Below, one piece after another: positions 1 to 8,644 of a stretch of DNA of 64,000 nucleotides. This DNA is from a virus (Duplodnaviria > Caudoviricetes). The notes beneath the pieces were generated by a model. That model did not search any database and was not told where the DNA came from. It was given only the letters and a program-made list of their open reading frames with translations. Position 1 is the first letter of the stretch; each line of letters starts with the position of its first letter. Made by a program: the position numbers and the translations under genes. The stretch spans positions 148 through 64,147 of IMG/VR virus record IMGVR_UViG_3300036793_000047. One strand, 5' to 3'.

Positions 1-120
1 CCGGTTGTTTTTCGCCCTGGCCGTACGCCTTGCGGCTGCGTTGTGCGTTTGTGGGTGGGCCGGTTGCCTTGGGGGCCGGCTTAGGTTGACGGCCCTCGCA
101 GAGCACGAGAGGTTGGCTCT
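1..120. other. Genome-end (putative cos/packaging-side) non-coding region
   Basis: Non-coding and G/T-skewed on +, next to the terminal HNH-like gene. GGTGGGCCGGT (54-64) is the exact reverse complement of ACCGGCCCACC (63901-63911) at the other end. Confidence 0.5.
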
Positions 121-121
121 C

Positions 122-499
122 CTACCATCGTGCGAGTCGCACTGTCTGCTGCTGCCGGGTCGTCGTGCTGGGGGCGGTTGTTCTGAGGCGGGCTCGCTGC
201 AGTGCGTTGCGCAGCAGTGCGCCGTGACGCCGGTTACAGCTCGCGTGCGCGAGTCGCTTGACAGGCACGATGCCCCGGGGCAGTGCCAGGGCTCTCGGCG
301 GGTAGTCGTCGAGATCTAGCCGTTGCCGGATGTAGAGTCGCCGGCCGGGGTACGGGCAGTCGTCGAATGGGCAGCGGTCGATTCCTTCGCGCAGTGCTGC
401 GAGCGCTGCGACCCGGTCACGCTGATGGGGGGCGCCGAGCCCGGCTCGTGTCGTCGCGCCGGGCAGCGCTCGTCGACGTCGTCTGGCGCGTCCGGTCAC
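122..499 (-). CDS. HNH-like endonuclease, probable terminase/cos-cleavage partner
   Basis: GLGAPHQRDR...CPFDDCPYP...LDLDD...LAHASCNRRHG pattern; last gene before the genome end, the usual position of packaging HNHs. Confidence 0.55.
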   Translation of the reverse strand: MTGRARRRRRALPGATTRAGLGAPHQRDRVAALAALREGIDRCPFDDCPYPGRRLYIRQRLDLDDYPPRALALPRGIVPVKRLAHASCNRRHGALLRNALQRARLRTTAPSTTTRQQQTVRLARW

Positions 500-511
500 T
501 GCGTACGTTTC

Positions 512-964
512 CTAGTCGGTGTTGATCTTGCCGGTGTACGCAGTGCGCCGGTCTAGCTCGCTGCTCAGCTCGCGCACTGTGTACGGGTCGTGGCCCGGCC
601 CGTGGTTCGGCGCGTACGGGCGCTCGCCGTCGACGACGAAGTCTTCCATGCGCTCATGCGTGTCGACGTCGCCCAGGCGGTCGAACAGCCAGCGCTGCCA
701 CGACTGCCGGTTGTACGTCGCGGCCGGTACAGCGAAGTAGTGCGCGACGCGGATCGTGCGGTCGTGGTGGTACGAGTCGGGTCCGCTTCGGGTGACGACT
801 AGTGTCAGCCCGCCGGCGCGCCCGCTGTGCACGTTGCTGTGATCGCGCTCGACGTCGTACAGCTCGACGCGCCAGCCCATGTGTCGCCGGTAGTTGAGCT
901 GCTCGATGAGCTGGCGCAGCTCGACGGGGTAGGGCGCGTACTGACGCATCGTCGTGTCAGTCAC
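512..964 (-). CDS. Conserved actinophage-type hypothetical protein
   Basis: 150 aa, GTGA overlap with the upstream stop; PAATYNRQSWQRWLFD segment. Confidence 0.65.
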   Translation of the reverse strand: MTDTTMRQYAPYPVELRQLIEQLNYRRHMGWRVELYDVERDHSNVHSGRAGGLTLVVTRSGPDSYHHDRTIRVAHYFAVPAATYNRQSWQRWLFDRLGDVDTHERMEDFVVDGERPYAPNHGPGHDPYTVRELSSELDRRTAYTGKINTD

Positions 965-1842
965 TGCTTCGGCCTCTCGACGACTCGTGTCGCGTACTTG
1001 CTCGCGTCGCTCGGCGCGTAGTCAGCGCGTCTGATCAGCCCCATGTTCTCCCACTTCGACCAGTCAGCGATGTGGTGCCAGCGACCGAAGCGATAGTGCA
1101 GCCGGACGTCGTCGGGGTGCATCTTGACAGCGAGCTGCGACTTGTGCAGCGTGCCCTCAGTCGCATAGAACGCTTCCGTATTGCCGCCGGCCATCGCTTG
1201 CGTCACTGTCTTGTGCTGCAGGAACGTGCGGAAGACGACTGTGCACCAGCCAGCTTCAAGGAACTGGTACGCCAAGTCGAGATCTTCGTTATAGCGGCCT
1301 CGCCAGCGTATGCCGGTGTCGTTGCGGATGAGATTGCAGCTGAACACTCGCCGGTTGAGGACGAACGGGTGCGCTTGTCGAGTGCGCGCCTTGACGAAGA
1401 ACCAATAGTCAGGGCCTGCTTCCCCGATGTTCTCGTACCTGAGCACGAAGTCTTCCATCGCCGCGAAGATCATGCCGTCGCCTGACAGCATGCGCTTGTT
1501 CTCGTTCAGCCGGCCAAAATACCGGATGTTGTCGTCCATCACCCAGTGCCACGCGTGCCCTTCGCTGACGCTGTGATCGAGCGCGAAGTTACGCGCCGGC
1601 CCCGGTCCCATCGGGCGCGAGCTGCCCAGTCCGTCGCACGGGTCATAGCCGAGCTGATACTCGGGCGGCAGCACGAGCAGCCGGTCACGCGGGTACTGGG
1701 CGGCGTAGTCGTCGAGCTGCTGCGCTTCGACGATCATCCGCCAGGGCACGCCGAGACGATCCAGAGCTCGAGGTGTCAGCGCTGTCTGCGCGCGTGACTT
1801 GCTCGGGATGTAGACCGGGAAGCGCGGGACTAGCGGCGCCAT
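961..1842 (-). CDS. GT-A fold glycosyltransferase, GREB1-like/TET-associated (TAGT) type, putative DNA-modifying
   Basis: PVYIPSKSR start, ARNFALDH, HWVMDDN (DxD-like), FSCNLI, WRGRYNED, GGNT motifs; ATG 1842 with a purine-rich RBS; near a ParB-like gene. Confidence 0.7.
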   Translation of the reverse strand: MAPLVPRFPVYIPSKSRAQTALTPRALDRLGVPWRMIVEAQQLDDYAAQYPRDRLLVLPPEYQLGYDPCDGLGSSRPMGPGPARNFALDHSVSEGHAWHWVMDDNIRYFGRLNENKRMLSGDGMIFAAMEDFVLRYENIGEAGPDYWFFVKARTRQAHPFVLNRRVFSCNLIRNDTGIRWRGRYNEDLDLAYQFLEAGWCTVVFRTFLQHKTVTQAMAGGNTEAFYATEGTLHKSQLAVKMHPDDVRLHYRFGRWHHIADWSKWENMGLIRRADYAPSDASKYATRVVERPKQ

Positions 1843-2168
1843 AGCAGCGTGCCCTTCCACAGTGCGACTGCGAGCGCTGAGCAGCGATGCTCGACGAGCC
1901 AGATCGCTGCGCCGTCGATTCGGTGCTCGACAGCGAGCCGTAGCCGGACGGGGCGCGGCAGCGGGTCGATCAGCTGCACCGGGCCGTTGCGCGATGCGTA
2001 CCAGCGCCGTCGCAGCTGCAGCAGCTCGCGCTGCGTGATGGGCTCGGCGTAGGCGGCGAGTGTGCCCGTAGCGCGCAGATCAGCGCGTGTCAGCTTCGTA
2101 ACTGAACGGCGAAACCTGCGATCTTCGGCTGCGAGGAAGCGCTCCCACCAGTCCATGCGGTCGCTCAT
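1830..2168 (-). CDS. Hypothetical protein
   Basis: 112 aa, coupled to the ParB-like gene (ATGA overlap). Confidence 0.55.
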   Translation of the reverse strand: MSDRMDWWERFLAAEDRRFRRSVTKLTRADLRATGTLAAYAEPITQRELLQLRRRWYASRNGPVQLIDPLPRPVRLRLAVEHRIDGAAIWLVEHRCSALAVALWKGTLLWRR

Positions 2169-2908
2169 GCTGCGCCGTCGCTGACTTCCATCTCAGCGAA
2201 GTCTGTGCCGACGTGCCCGTCAGACTGCGGCCACCACAGCCACCGCGACCGCGGCCGGTCGATCAGCTTAAAGAATGCGTCAGCGTCTTCGTCTGTCGGG
2301 AAGTGGATCCGCACAGCTGCCGCGCCTTCTAGCGAGTTGTTGCGGAAGCCGGGCATGCCTTCCCACTCGTCGTCAGGGTTCATCGGCAGCTCACCGAGCG
2401 ACGCTTGACGGCGCATGATGTCTGCGAGTGCGCTGTCGGTGTACGCAGTGCCGGCCAGTCCTGACGGTGACTCTTGCACGCGCTGCAGCAGCGCGATCAG
2501 TCGTTTCTCGTCCGGCTTCGCGAGCGCGCTCGTGCGGTTGTCGACAGCGAGGATGCGCGCAGCTTCGTCGTCGTCGACGTCGAGCCAGAACCCCGGCAGC
2601 GTCTTCGCGCCGAGCTTCACAGCTTCGCGGTGCCGGTGATTGCCCCACAGGATGTATCCGGTCGACTTCTGGACGCCGATAGCGCCGTAAAACCCGTGCG
2701 CGCTCAGCGACTCGTCGATCGCGCCCGTGTCAGCCTGATTGTAGTTATCAGGGTGCTCGCGCACAGCGTCGACAGCGATCGCCGGGTCGAACGTCTGATC
2801 AGCGACTCTGAACAGCTCGTCAGCCACCCGCTCACTCCCAGTCGTGACAGTCGCAGTCGCAGTCGATCTCGTCTTCAGCGCGGCAGTCGCCGTGCTCGCC
2901 TTTGACAC
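2165..2908 (-). CDS. ParB N-terminal (ParBc/Srx-like) domain protein of the DNA-modification-associated type
   Basis: VREHPDNYN...AIDESL...GFYGAIGV...ILWGNHRHREAVKLG...ILAVDNRT; C-terminal EWEGMPGF...IHFPTDEDADAFFKLI. Confidence 0.75.
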   Translation of the reverse strand: MSKASTATAALKTRSTATATVTTGSERVADELFRVADQTFDPAIAVDAVREHPDNYNQADTGAIDESLSAHGFYGAIGVQKSTGYILWGNHRHREAVKLGAKTLPGFWLDVDDDEAARILAVDNRTSALAKPDEKRLIALLQRVQESPSGLAGTAYTDSALADIMRRQASLGELPMNPDDEWEGMPGFRNNSLEGAAAVRIHFPTDEDADAFFKLIDRPRSRWLWWPQSDGHVGTDFAEMEVSDGAA

Positions 2909-2917
2909 ACTCGATCG

Positions 2918-3181
2918 TCATTGCTCGCCGTCGAACACGAACCGGCGTGCTCCGTCGTCTGCGATCGACCCGCGCCAGTGGTAGACAGCGCAGCGTATCG
3001 GCACCATGTTGACGGAGTCTCGCAGCTCAGCGACGAACAGCGCGATCTCTGGCTGCAGTGGCACGAGATACGTCGTCATCTCGCGCGGCACCCACACGCG
3101 CGCGCCGTCAGCTGTGCCGCCCTGCAGCTCGATCTCGACGGGCATCTCACGCAGCTGCGCGAGGTCGTCAGCGTGACTCAT
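2918..3181 (-). CDS. Hypothetical protein
   Basis: 87 aa in a tightly packed leftward operon; IELQGGTADG motif. Confidence 0.6.
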   Translation of the reverse strand: MSHADDLAQLREMPVEIELQGGTADGARVWVPREMTTYLVPLQPEIALFVAELRDSVNMVPIRCAVYHWRGSIADDGARRFVFDGEQ

Positions 3182-3357
3182 CCGCGGCCGATCAGATCAG
3201 CGAGCCAGCCGACGATGCGCTCGACGATGCTCGGCTGTGCTCGCGCGTTTTCAGCGACGACCCAGGGCAGCTGACAGTCCGTCATATTCCGCGCGCACGC
3301 GTCATAGCGGTGCAGCGGGCACGAGCAGACGACGGGGAACCTCTCGTCAGCTCTCAT
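3178..3357 (-). CDS. Small hypothetical protein
   Basis: Start reassigned to ATG 3357 (overlaps the stop at 3354); 59 aa. Confidence 0.5.
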   Translation of the reverse strand: MRADERFPVVCSCPLHRYDACARNMTDCQLPWVVAENARAQPSIVERIVGWLADLIGRG

Positions 3358-3611
3358 GCGCGTATCTCGTCCGGCTGGTAGCGGGGGCGCTGCACCCAAG
3401 TACCGGCGACGCGTTCAGTCGTGCAGCTCGTCAGCGAGCGTGTCGCCTCGTCTTTGGTCGGCTCGGGTTTGCGCTCGTCGACGTGCTGCCGGAAGCCGAA
3501 CGGCACGCGCTCGCGCTCAGATGAGTCAGACGCTGTGCCGTCCGGCAGCGGCGGGGGCGGCGGGGGTTCTCCAGCAGGCGGGTCGGTATCTGGCCGGGGC
3601 TCGTTTGTCAC
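3354..3611 (-). CDS. Pro-rich hypothetical protein
   Basis: GTG 3611 preceded by GGAGGG; 85 aa. Confidence 0.5.
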   Translation of the reverse strand: MTNEPRPDTDPPAGEPPPPPPLPDGTASDSSERERVPFGFRQHVDERKPEPTKDEATRSLTSCTTERVAGTWVQRPRYQPDEIRA

Positions 3612-3683
3612 TTGCGCCCTCCGGGCATGAGGTACCAGCAGCAATTAAGCCAGCAAAGTGCGATCGCAGCAAGTCGCGCACTG

Positions 3684-3893
3684 TCACGGGCGTGTCATGA
3701 ACGGTACCAGCGCCGTGTGCAAGTCGATGAGCAGCTGCGCGTCGTAAGTCAGCGGCGGCCGGCCAGTGTCGACGACACGCTTACCGGCCGGCTTGATACC
3801 GAGCGCGCGCACGATCGCTGCGAGCGAGTCTGCGCTGAGCGGCGGATCGAGCCAGTCGGCAGCTTCCCTGATCGTCAGTTCGGCGCCTGGCAT
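3684..3893 (-). CDS. Small HTH-like DNA-binding protein
   Basis: LTIREAADWL...GRPPLTYD; paralog of 4551..4826. Confidence 0.55.
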   Translation of the reverse strand: MPGAELTIREAADWLDPPLSADSLAAIVRALGIKPAGKRVVDTGRPPLTYDAQLLIDLHTALVPFMTRP

Positions 3894-4549
3894 TTGCGCG
3901 GCATGGTACCGCGCGCGGACTGGATCGCGCCGTCACTCCAGACGAGTGCGGGGCCGTGCAGCTCAGTCAGTTCCAGCCGAGCGACTGGTCGCTCGCCGTT
4001 GTCGTCGCCGGGGCAGCCCGGATTCAAGCACGCGACGACGAACCTGCCCTCAGCTAGTCGCAGAGTGAAGCGCTGACAGTACCGGCACTTCGGCGGCGTC
4101 GGCGCGTCAGGGTCGAGCCGGATCGGCACCCAGCGCACAGCTTCGTCTAGACCGGGTAGCAGCTCGATCGACCGCGCCCAGCGGGCCAGTATCCGGGCGG
4201 CTCGTGCAGCGTCACGATGGTCGAGCGCTTCGGCCAGGCGGACGATCGCGACGAGCGCCGCAGCGGTGTGCGCCGGCGAGCTGCCGCGCCGCGTGCCTGG
4301 CTTGCCGGTCACCTGGACGCGCAGCGATGCCTCAAGACGTCGAGCGCCCTCGTGCGCTGTCATCAGCGCGTCAGCAGCTAGCGCGTTCCACGGGGCTGCA
4401 GACTTCGCTGAGCTGCCCGTGATCGCTTTGCCCTGCTGATCGGGGTAGCGGATCAGCGCTTCAGCAGCTGAGATGCCGCGAGCGAGCTGACGAGCTGCGT
4501 CGTCGACTAGGCGACTGCGTGCTGCGTCTTTCTCGCGTCGCGTCGGCAT
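3875..4549 (-). CDS. Helical protein with C-terminal Zn ribbon, possible late-gene regulator
   Basis: CRYC...CLNPGC; lies in the arm approaching the packaging end. Confidence 0.45.
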   Translation of the reverse strand: MPTRREKDAARSRLVDDAARQLARGISAAEALIRYPDQQGKAITGSSAKSAAPWNALAADALMTAHEGARRLEASLRVQVTGKPGTRRGSSPAHTAAALVAIVRLAEALDHRDAARAARILARWARSIELLPGLDEAVRWVPIRLDPDAPTPPKCRYCQRFTLRLAEGRFVVACLNPGCPGDDNGERPVARLELTELHGPALVWSDGAIQSARGTMPRKCQAPN

Positions 4550-4550
4550 C

Positions 4551-4826
4551 TCACGCTGGCGCTAGATCGAGATCAGTCAGGCCCATGCATTCCAGCATCG
4601 CAGCTTCAGCGCGTACGCAGCACGAGCGACGCTCAGGCATGGGCAGCCAGGGGCGCAGCGCGTCGTGCACGCCCAGCAGGTCGGCCGCATCCCAGCGGCC
4701 GGGTTCGACTTCGGGGATGCGGAGCAGTCTGACGACGTTCGCGAGCAGTTCTGCATCTGCGCGCGGAGAAAGGGCGGCAGCAGCTTCAGCGGGCGTCCAT
4801 GCGACGCCTAGACGGGTGGGCAGCAT
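4551..4826 (-). CDS. Small HTH-like protein, paralog of 3684..3893
   Basis: WTPAEAAAALSP...LANVVRLLRI...WDAADLLGVHDALRPWL. Confidence 0.5.
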   Translation of the reverse strand: MLPTRLGVAWTPAEAAAALSPRADAELLANVVRLLRIPEVEPGRWDAADLLGVHDALRPWLPMPERRSCCVRAEAAMLECMGLTDLDLAPA

Positions 4827-4934
4827 GGGGACAGCGTAACTGTCGCATGAGCTGCTGCTCGCCTGCTCGCCGTCAAGTCCCGTTCAGTTTTTGATACCGC
4901 TGAACCGCGCCTAACGGGCGGTACGCATAGTCGC

Positions 4935-5132
4935 TTACTCGTCAGATGCGGGGCTGGCAGCGCCGTCCTCAGCGACGGCCTGAGCTATTGCCGTCTGCCA
5001 CGACGGCGGGAGCGCGTCGAAGTCGAGCGCGAAGCACGGATGCCGATGCCAGCGCGCTCGACGAGCGTCGCACTGCCAGCAGTAACGCCAGATCGTCTGC
5101 CACGCTGCCCAGGCCAGCCACGCTCGGATCAT
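4935..5132 (-). CDS. Hypothetical protein
   Basis: 65 aa, Trp-rich, CWQC; coupled start. Confidence 0.5.
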   Translation of the reverse strand: MIRAWLAWAAWQTIWRYCWQCDARRARWHRHPCFALDFDALPPSWQTAIAQAVAEDGAASPASDE

Positions 5133-5350
5133 GCGAACAGATCAGTCTGCACTGGGGCGGGCTTGCCTTCGCAGCCAGCGCAGATCTTGTCACTGTCACG
5201 CCGGTCGACCGGCCACCACAAGTCATCAGCTTCGACGACTACGCCGCAGCGCAGCACAGTCCCCGGCTGCACTCCCCTCGCGACGATGCCCGGCGCGTCT
5301 GTGATGTGGAGCTGGTCAAGGACGCGCCGGGCGGGAGCGACGTACTGCAT
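5129..5350 (-). CDS. Hypothetical Cys-containing protein
   Basis: 73 aa; LRCG...ICAGC; ends QTDLF. Confidence 0.55.
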   Translation of the reverse strand: MQYVAPARRVLDQLHITDAPGIVARGVQPGTVLRCGVVVEADDLWWPVDRRDSDKICAGCEGKPAPVQTDLFA

Positions 5351-5353
5351 CGC

Positions 5354-5554
5354 TCAGCGGTCGCTCATCTTCGACGACGCGAGCACGCGCCGGATGTTCG
5401 TCATCAGCGTCGGCGGCGGCGCGAGCTGCAGCGTCGGCGCGAGTCGTCCGGGCGCTCGACGACCCGCCCCGCCCCGCGGTCGCCCAGTCCACAGCACGCG
5501 CGGCCGGGTTAGCCGGCCGGCGTTCAGCTTGCGCGTCTTGCGCCGGTTGCTCAT
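5354..5554 (-). CDS. Basic hypothetical protein
   Basis: 66 aa, coupled start. Confidence 0.45.
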   Translation of the reverse strand: MSNRRKTRKLNAGRLTRPRVLWTGRPRGGAGRRAPGRLAPTLQLAPPPTLMTNIRRVLASSKMSDR

Positions 5555-5862
5555 GGCTTGTCCTCGCTGCGCGCAGCCGCCCTGATCAAGTCTGCCAGTT
5601 CATCGGCGGCCCACGCAGCAGTCGGATGCTCATCGAGAGTGTCAGCTAGCGCGATGACGCGCTCTCGCAGATAGTCGCGTATCACGGGGAACGCGACGTC
5701 GATACAGGTCATCACGTCGCCGTGGTCCAAGTACATGTTGATCGTGTGCGGCTCGATCAGATCCTCTAGCTGCCCGCGCAGCGGGTCGGGCATCGGCTCG
5801 TCGAGCGAGCGCTGCAGCGACTCGACTCTGCTCGCTGACTGCTCGGGCGTCAGATCGCTCAT
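5551..5862 (-). CDS. Hypothetical protein
   Basis: 103 aa, helical and acidic. Confidence 0.55.
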   Translation of the reverse strand: MSDLTPEQSASRVESLQRSLDEPMPDPLRGQLEDLIEPHTINMYLDHGDVMTCIDVAFPVIRDYLRERVIALADTLDEHPTAAWAADELADLIRAAARSEDKP

Positions 5863-5863
5863 G

Positions 5864-5932
5864 TCAGATCCCCTGCCAGCGCTGCGCTCGACGATCGCGA
5901 CGTCGCAGCAGCCAGCGTGCTAACCATCTCAT
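5864..5932 (-). CDS. 22-aa Arg/Trp-rich micro-protein MRWLARWLLRRRDRRAQRWQGI
   Basis: ATGA overlap with the stop of 5929..6297; exactly fills the gap to the next start at 5862; below the ORF-track cutoff. Confidence 0.4.
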   Translation of the reverse strand: MRWLARWLLRRRDRRAQRWQGI

Positions 5933-6297
5933 CCCATGCTCTCCCTTGCTTCGCGTGCGATCCGGCGTAGCTCGCTGTCACGCCAGCCTGCCTGCAGCTG
6001 ATCGTCGCATGCGACAGCTGCTGCTCTCGACGGGAACGGGCCGACGCTGTTTGTCTCGCCGCACGCGCACGGCTCAGTGCAGTGCAGCACGATCGACCAG
6101 CCGGGCGGCGCAGCGTCCCAGTCGTACTCGATCGTCGTCGGTAGCGGCTCGATCGTCGGCAGCGCTTTGCTCTCGTCGAGCCGGTCGCCTCTGCACTGCT
6201 GCTCGCCGCAGTCGACTGCGCAGATACATGGGCCAGCGTGATCGAGGCACGCGCTGCACAGGTTGCCCGCTTCGTCGCGCGGGATCGAGTCAGTCAT
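5929..6297 (-). CDS. Cys-rich hypothetical protein
   Basis: 122 aa with several CxxC-like pairs. Confidence 0.55.
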   Translation of the reverse strand: MTDSIPRDEAGNLCSACLDHAGPCICAVDCGEQQCRGDRLDESKALPTIEPLPTTIEYDWDAAPPGWSIVLHCTEPCACGETNSVGPFPSRAAAVACDDQLQAGWRDSELRRIAREARESMG

Positions 6298-6440
6298 GAC
6301 TTCGCCGGCTTGCGATGATGCGGGTTACGGCACTTCGTCTTGACGCAGTACAGCGAGCCAGCCGGAATGTCGCACGGCTCATGATCGTCCGGGCACAGCG
6401 GGCAGTGATGCCCGCAGCGGCCCTCGTCGCAGCACGTCAC
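6294..6440 (-). CDS. Small Cys/His-rich protein
   Basis: GTG 6440 overlaps the upstream stop; 48 aa with 8 Cys. Confidence 0.5.
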   Translation of the reverse strand: MTCCDEGRCGHHCPLCPDDHEPCDIPAGSLYCVKTKCRNPHHRKPAKS

Positions 6441-6895
6441 AGCTGCGCTCCCTTCGCTTCGTCCGGCAGGTCGGGGATGCCGTAGCCCGCGCACATAATC
6501 AGCTGCGCGTCAGCCCAGCCGTGCTCGTCGAGCAGTTCAGCGACGCGCGCGACGTGATACCAGACGACGACTCTGCTGACGTCGGCCGGGTCGCGGTACT
6601 CCCAGCGCAGATGACGCTGCGACAACTGCCAGCCGGCCACCGGCTTAAACTCGGACGCCTTCGTGCACGTCGCCCAGTGATTGACCCCGCGGAATTCCCA
6701 CGAGCGCGGCTGCTCGCCGGCTGTCAGCACTCTGCAGCACAGATCGCCGTGATGATCCCACACAGCCAGGTTGCCGTCCGGGTCGCCGGCGCTGCCCGCG
6801 TCGACCGGCATCGACTTGCCGGCTTGCGTGCGCGCCCAGTGGAAGCGCCCCGCGCAACTGGGCTCGCTGCAGTCGACCGGTATGCGCTTACTCAT
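6437..6895 (-). CDS. Actinophage-type hypothetical protein (MPVD...GN...HWATC)
   Basis: CSEPSC...SMPVD...DGNL...NHWATC. Confidence 0.6.
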   Translation of the reverse strand: MSKRIPVDCSEPSCAGRFHWARTQAGKSMPVDAGSAGDPDGNLAVWDHHGDLCCRVLTAGEQPRSWEFRGVNHWATCTKASEFKPVAGWQLSQRHLRWEYRDPADVSRVVVWYHVARVAELLDEHGWADAQLIMCAGYGIPDLPDEAKGAQL

Positions 6896-7151
6896 CGCGG
6901 TCACGCTTCGACAGCTTGCACGCGAGCGCTGTCAGTACGTCATTCTCAGCTCGCAAGATCGCGTGCTGCTGCTCAGTCAGCAGCACGCCAGACACGACAG
7001 CTCGTTCAGCGTCGCGCACAGCAGCTGTCCGCTGCTCCGACTCTGCTTGCGTGTAGCCGTCGACGTCCGCGCTGTCGCACAGCTCAGTGCAGACGAGCAG
7101 CTGCCCGTCTGCTAAGCACAGCGGGCAGCCCCATCCGACAGAGTCAGCCAT
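6888..7151 (-). CDS. Hypothetical protein (Cys pair plus coiled coil)
   Basis: 87 aa, CPLC. Confidence 0.5.
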   Translation of the reverse strand: MADSVGWGCPLCLADGQLLVCTELCDSADVDGYTQAESEQRTAAVRDAERAVVSGVLLTEQQHAILRAENDVLTALACKLSKRDRDE

Positions 7152-7599
7152 CGCCCCAGTCTCCGATCTCGTCGTACGTCACGCCCTGGCGGTCATAGTC
7201 GACGCACGACGGCTCGTCGCAGTCGCAGCCGCGAGGCGAGCGCAGCCGCAGCCACACTGCGCCGAGCGACGTCAGCTGCACGCACCACAGCCCGTCACGA
7301 GCTGCGACGTGCACATGCTCGTCCCGCGCGAGAGCAGCACCGATCGCGAGCAGCTGAGCTGTCGAGCGTCCACCGATGCGGCCGCCCAGCACAGCAGCTG
7401 TCGAGCTGCTGCTGCGCATGAACGCGTCGAGCACGTGCTGCTGCCAGCGCGACAGCGACTTGCCGATAGCGTCAGCGATCGCGAGCAGCTGCGACACAGC
7501 CGACAGATGCCCGCACGTGTGCTCAGGCGGGTCCGGGCGCGTGTACTCGTCGCGCGAGCCGCACGCCGGGCACGTCACGATGTATACCTGCTTAGCCAT
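7144..7599 (-). CDS. Hypothetical protein
   Basis: 151 aa; CPAC N-terminus; GGRIGGRST. Confidence 0.5.
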   Translation of the reverse strand: MAKQVYIVTCPACGSRDEYTRPDPPEHTCGHLSAVSQLLAIADAIGKSLSRWQQHVLDAFMRSSSSTAAVLGGRIGGRSTAQLLAIGAALARDEHVHVAARDGLWCVQLTSLGAVWLRLRSPRGCDCDEPSCVDYDRQGVTYDEIGDWGDG

Positions 7600-8143
7600 C
7601 GCTGCCCCCTCGGCATTTAGCGAAGCATGAGCCGTCAGCGCTCAGCGAGCCCCTGCAGCTCTGGCACACCTGAAAGCCCGTCTCCGGGTCGTGTCCGTGC
7701 GGCGAGTTGCCGCCGAAATGCGAGTGCCGGACTGTGACGCCGTCGTCAGTGCCGTGCTCGTGCGCGTGCCCGCTGATCTTGCGCCAGTCGACGACCGGGC
7801 GCGGCGCTGGGTGCAGCTTCGCGTCGTGCTCATCTCTCGACGTCAGCAGCACTGGCACGAGACAGACACGGCACTCGACAAACACTGCGCCCGGCGAGAT
7901 CGACCGCCAGCGCTCGCTGTCTCTCACAGGCTCATCCTTCGCTCTCAGCGCTGCGGCTGCAGCGAGCACGTCATCAGCGAGCAGCAGCAGCTCGTCGCGC
8001 TCGACGACGTCAGCGGGGTGCATCATCGACGGATCATCGCCCATCCAGTTCGTGAGGATCGCGCGATCTTCAGGGCGCGTGTAACCCTGCCGGATGCACC
8101 ACAGCAGCCATGCGATCTGCTGCCTGTCTGTCGTCGCGCTCAT
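7592..8143 (-). CDS. Hypothetical multi-domain Cys/His protein
   Basis: 183 aa, coupled start. Confidence 0.55.
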   Translation of the reverse strand: MSATTDRQQIAWLLWCIRQGYTRPEDRAILTNWMGDDPSMMHPADVVERDELLLLADDVLAAAAALRAKDEPVRDSERWRSISPGAVFVECRVCLVPVLLTSRDEHDAKLHPAPRPVVDWRKISGHAHEHGTDDGVTVRHSHFGGNSPHGHDPETGFQVCQSCRGSLSADGSCFAKCRGGSDG

Positions 8144-8619
8144 CCCCAGCCTCGCGTCCTGATCACGCGCAGCACGTACGCAGCGAACGCGTCGCGCTCA
8201 GCGTTCGTGCGCAGCGACGACGCGATCATCACGACCGGTGTCAGCGCGTCGTCGAGCGCGTCACGCTTCGCAGCGTTCGCCTCGGCTCGCATCCGCGCAT
8301 TGCGCGAGCGCGCGATCTTGTCAGCTGCGCACCAGCGCAGACGCCGGTCATGCTGCTCGTCGTCGTCATCAGGGTCACCGACGTACACCGGCTTGCCGAA
8401 CAGCGATACCCCGCCGTCTGGCTTGCGCACGATCTCAGCGCGATACGTGCCGCCGATCACCGACCCGGCTAGCTTCGACTTCGCGAACGTCCATTCGCTG
8501 CCGTCCGGCCCGATCCAGCAGTAGCGCAGCGACTCGTTCTCAGCGAGCCTCACCCCGCCCCATCGCCACAGCTCGTGCTCGTGCTCGACAGTCTCGCTCG
8601 ACGTCTCAGTCTCGCTCAC
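8140..8619 (-). CDS. Hypothetical protein
   Basis: Start reassigned to GTG 8619, preceded by GGAGAGAAGG (8628-8637). Confidence 0.6.
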   Translation of the reverse strand: MSETETSSETVEHEHELWRWGGVRLAENESLRYCWIGPDGSEWTFAKSKLAGSVIGGTYRAEIVRKPDGGVSLFGKPVYVGDPDDDDEQHDRRLRWCAADKIARSRNARMRAEANAAKRDALDDALTPVVMIASSLRTNAERDAFAAYVLRVIRTRGWG

Positions 8620-8644
8620 AGCTTCGTCCTTCTCTCCGGTCGTG

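Noticed and set aside
2165-2908. ParB as a plasmid-partition protein
   Set aside because: No ParA, no HTH or parS context, and the C-terminal motif and neighbours fit DNA-modification loci better.
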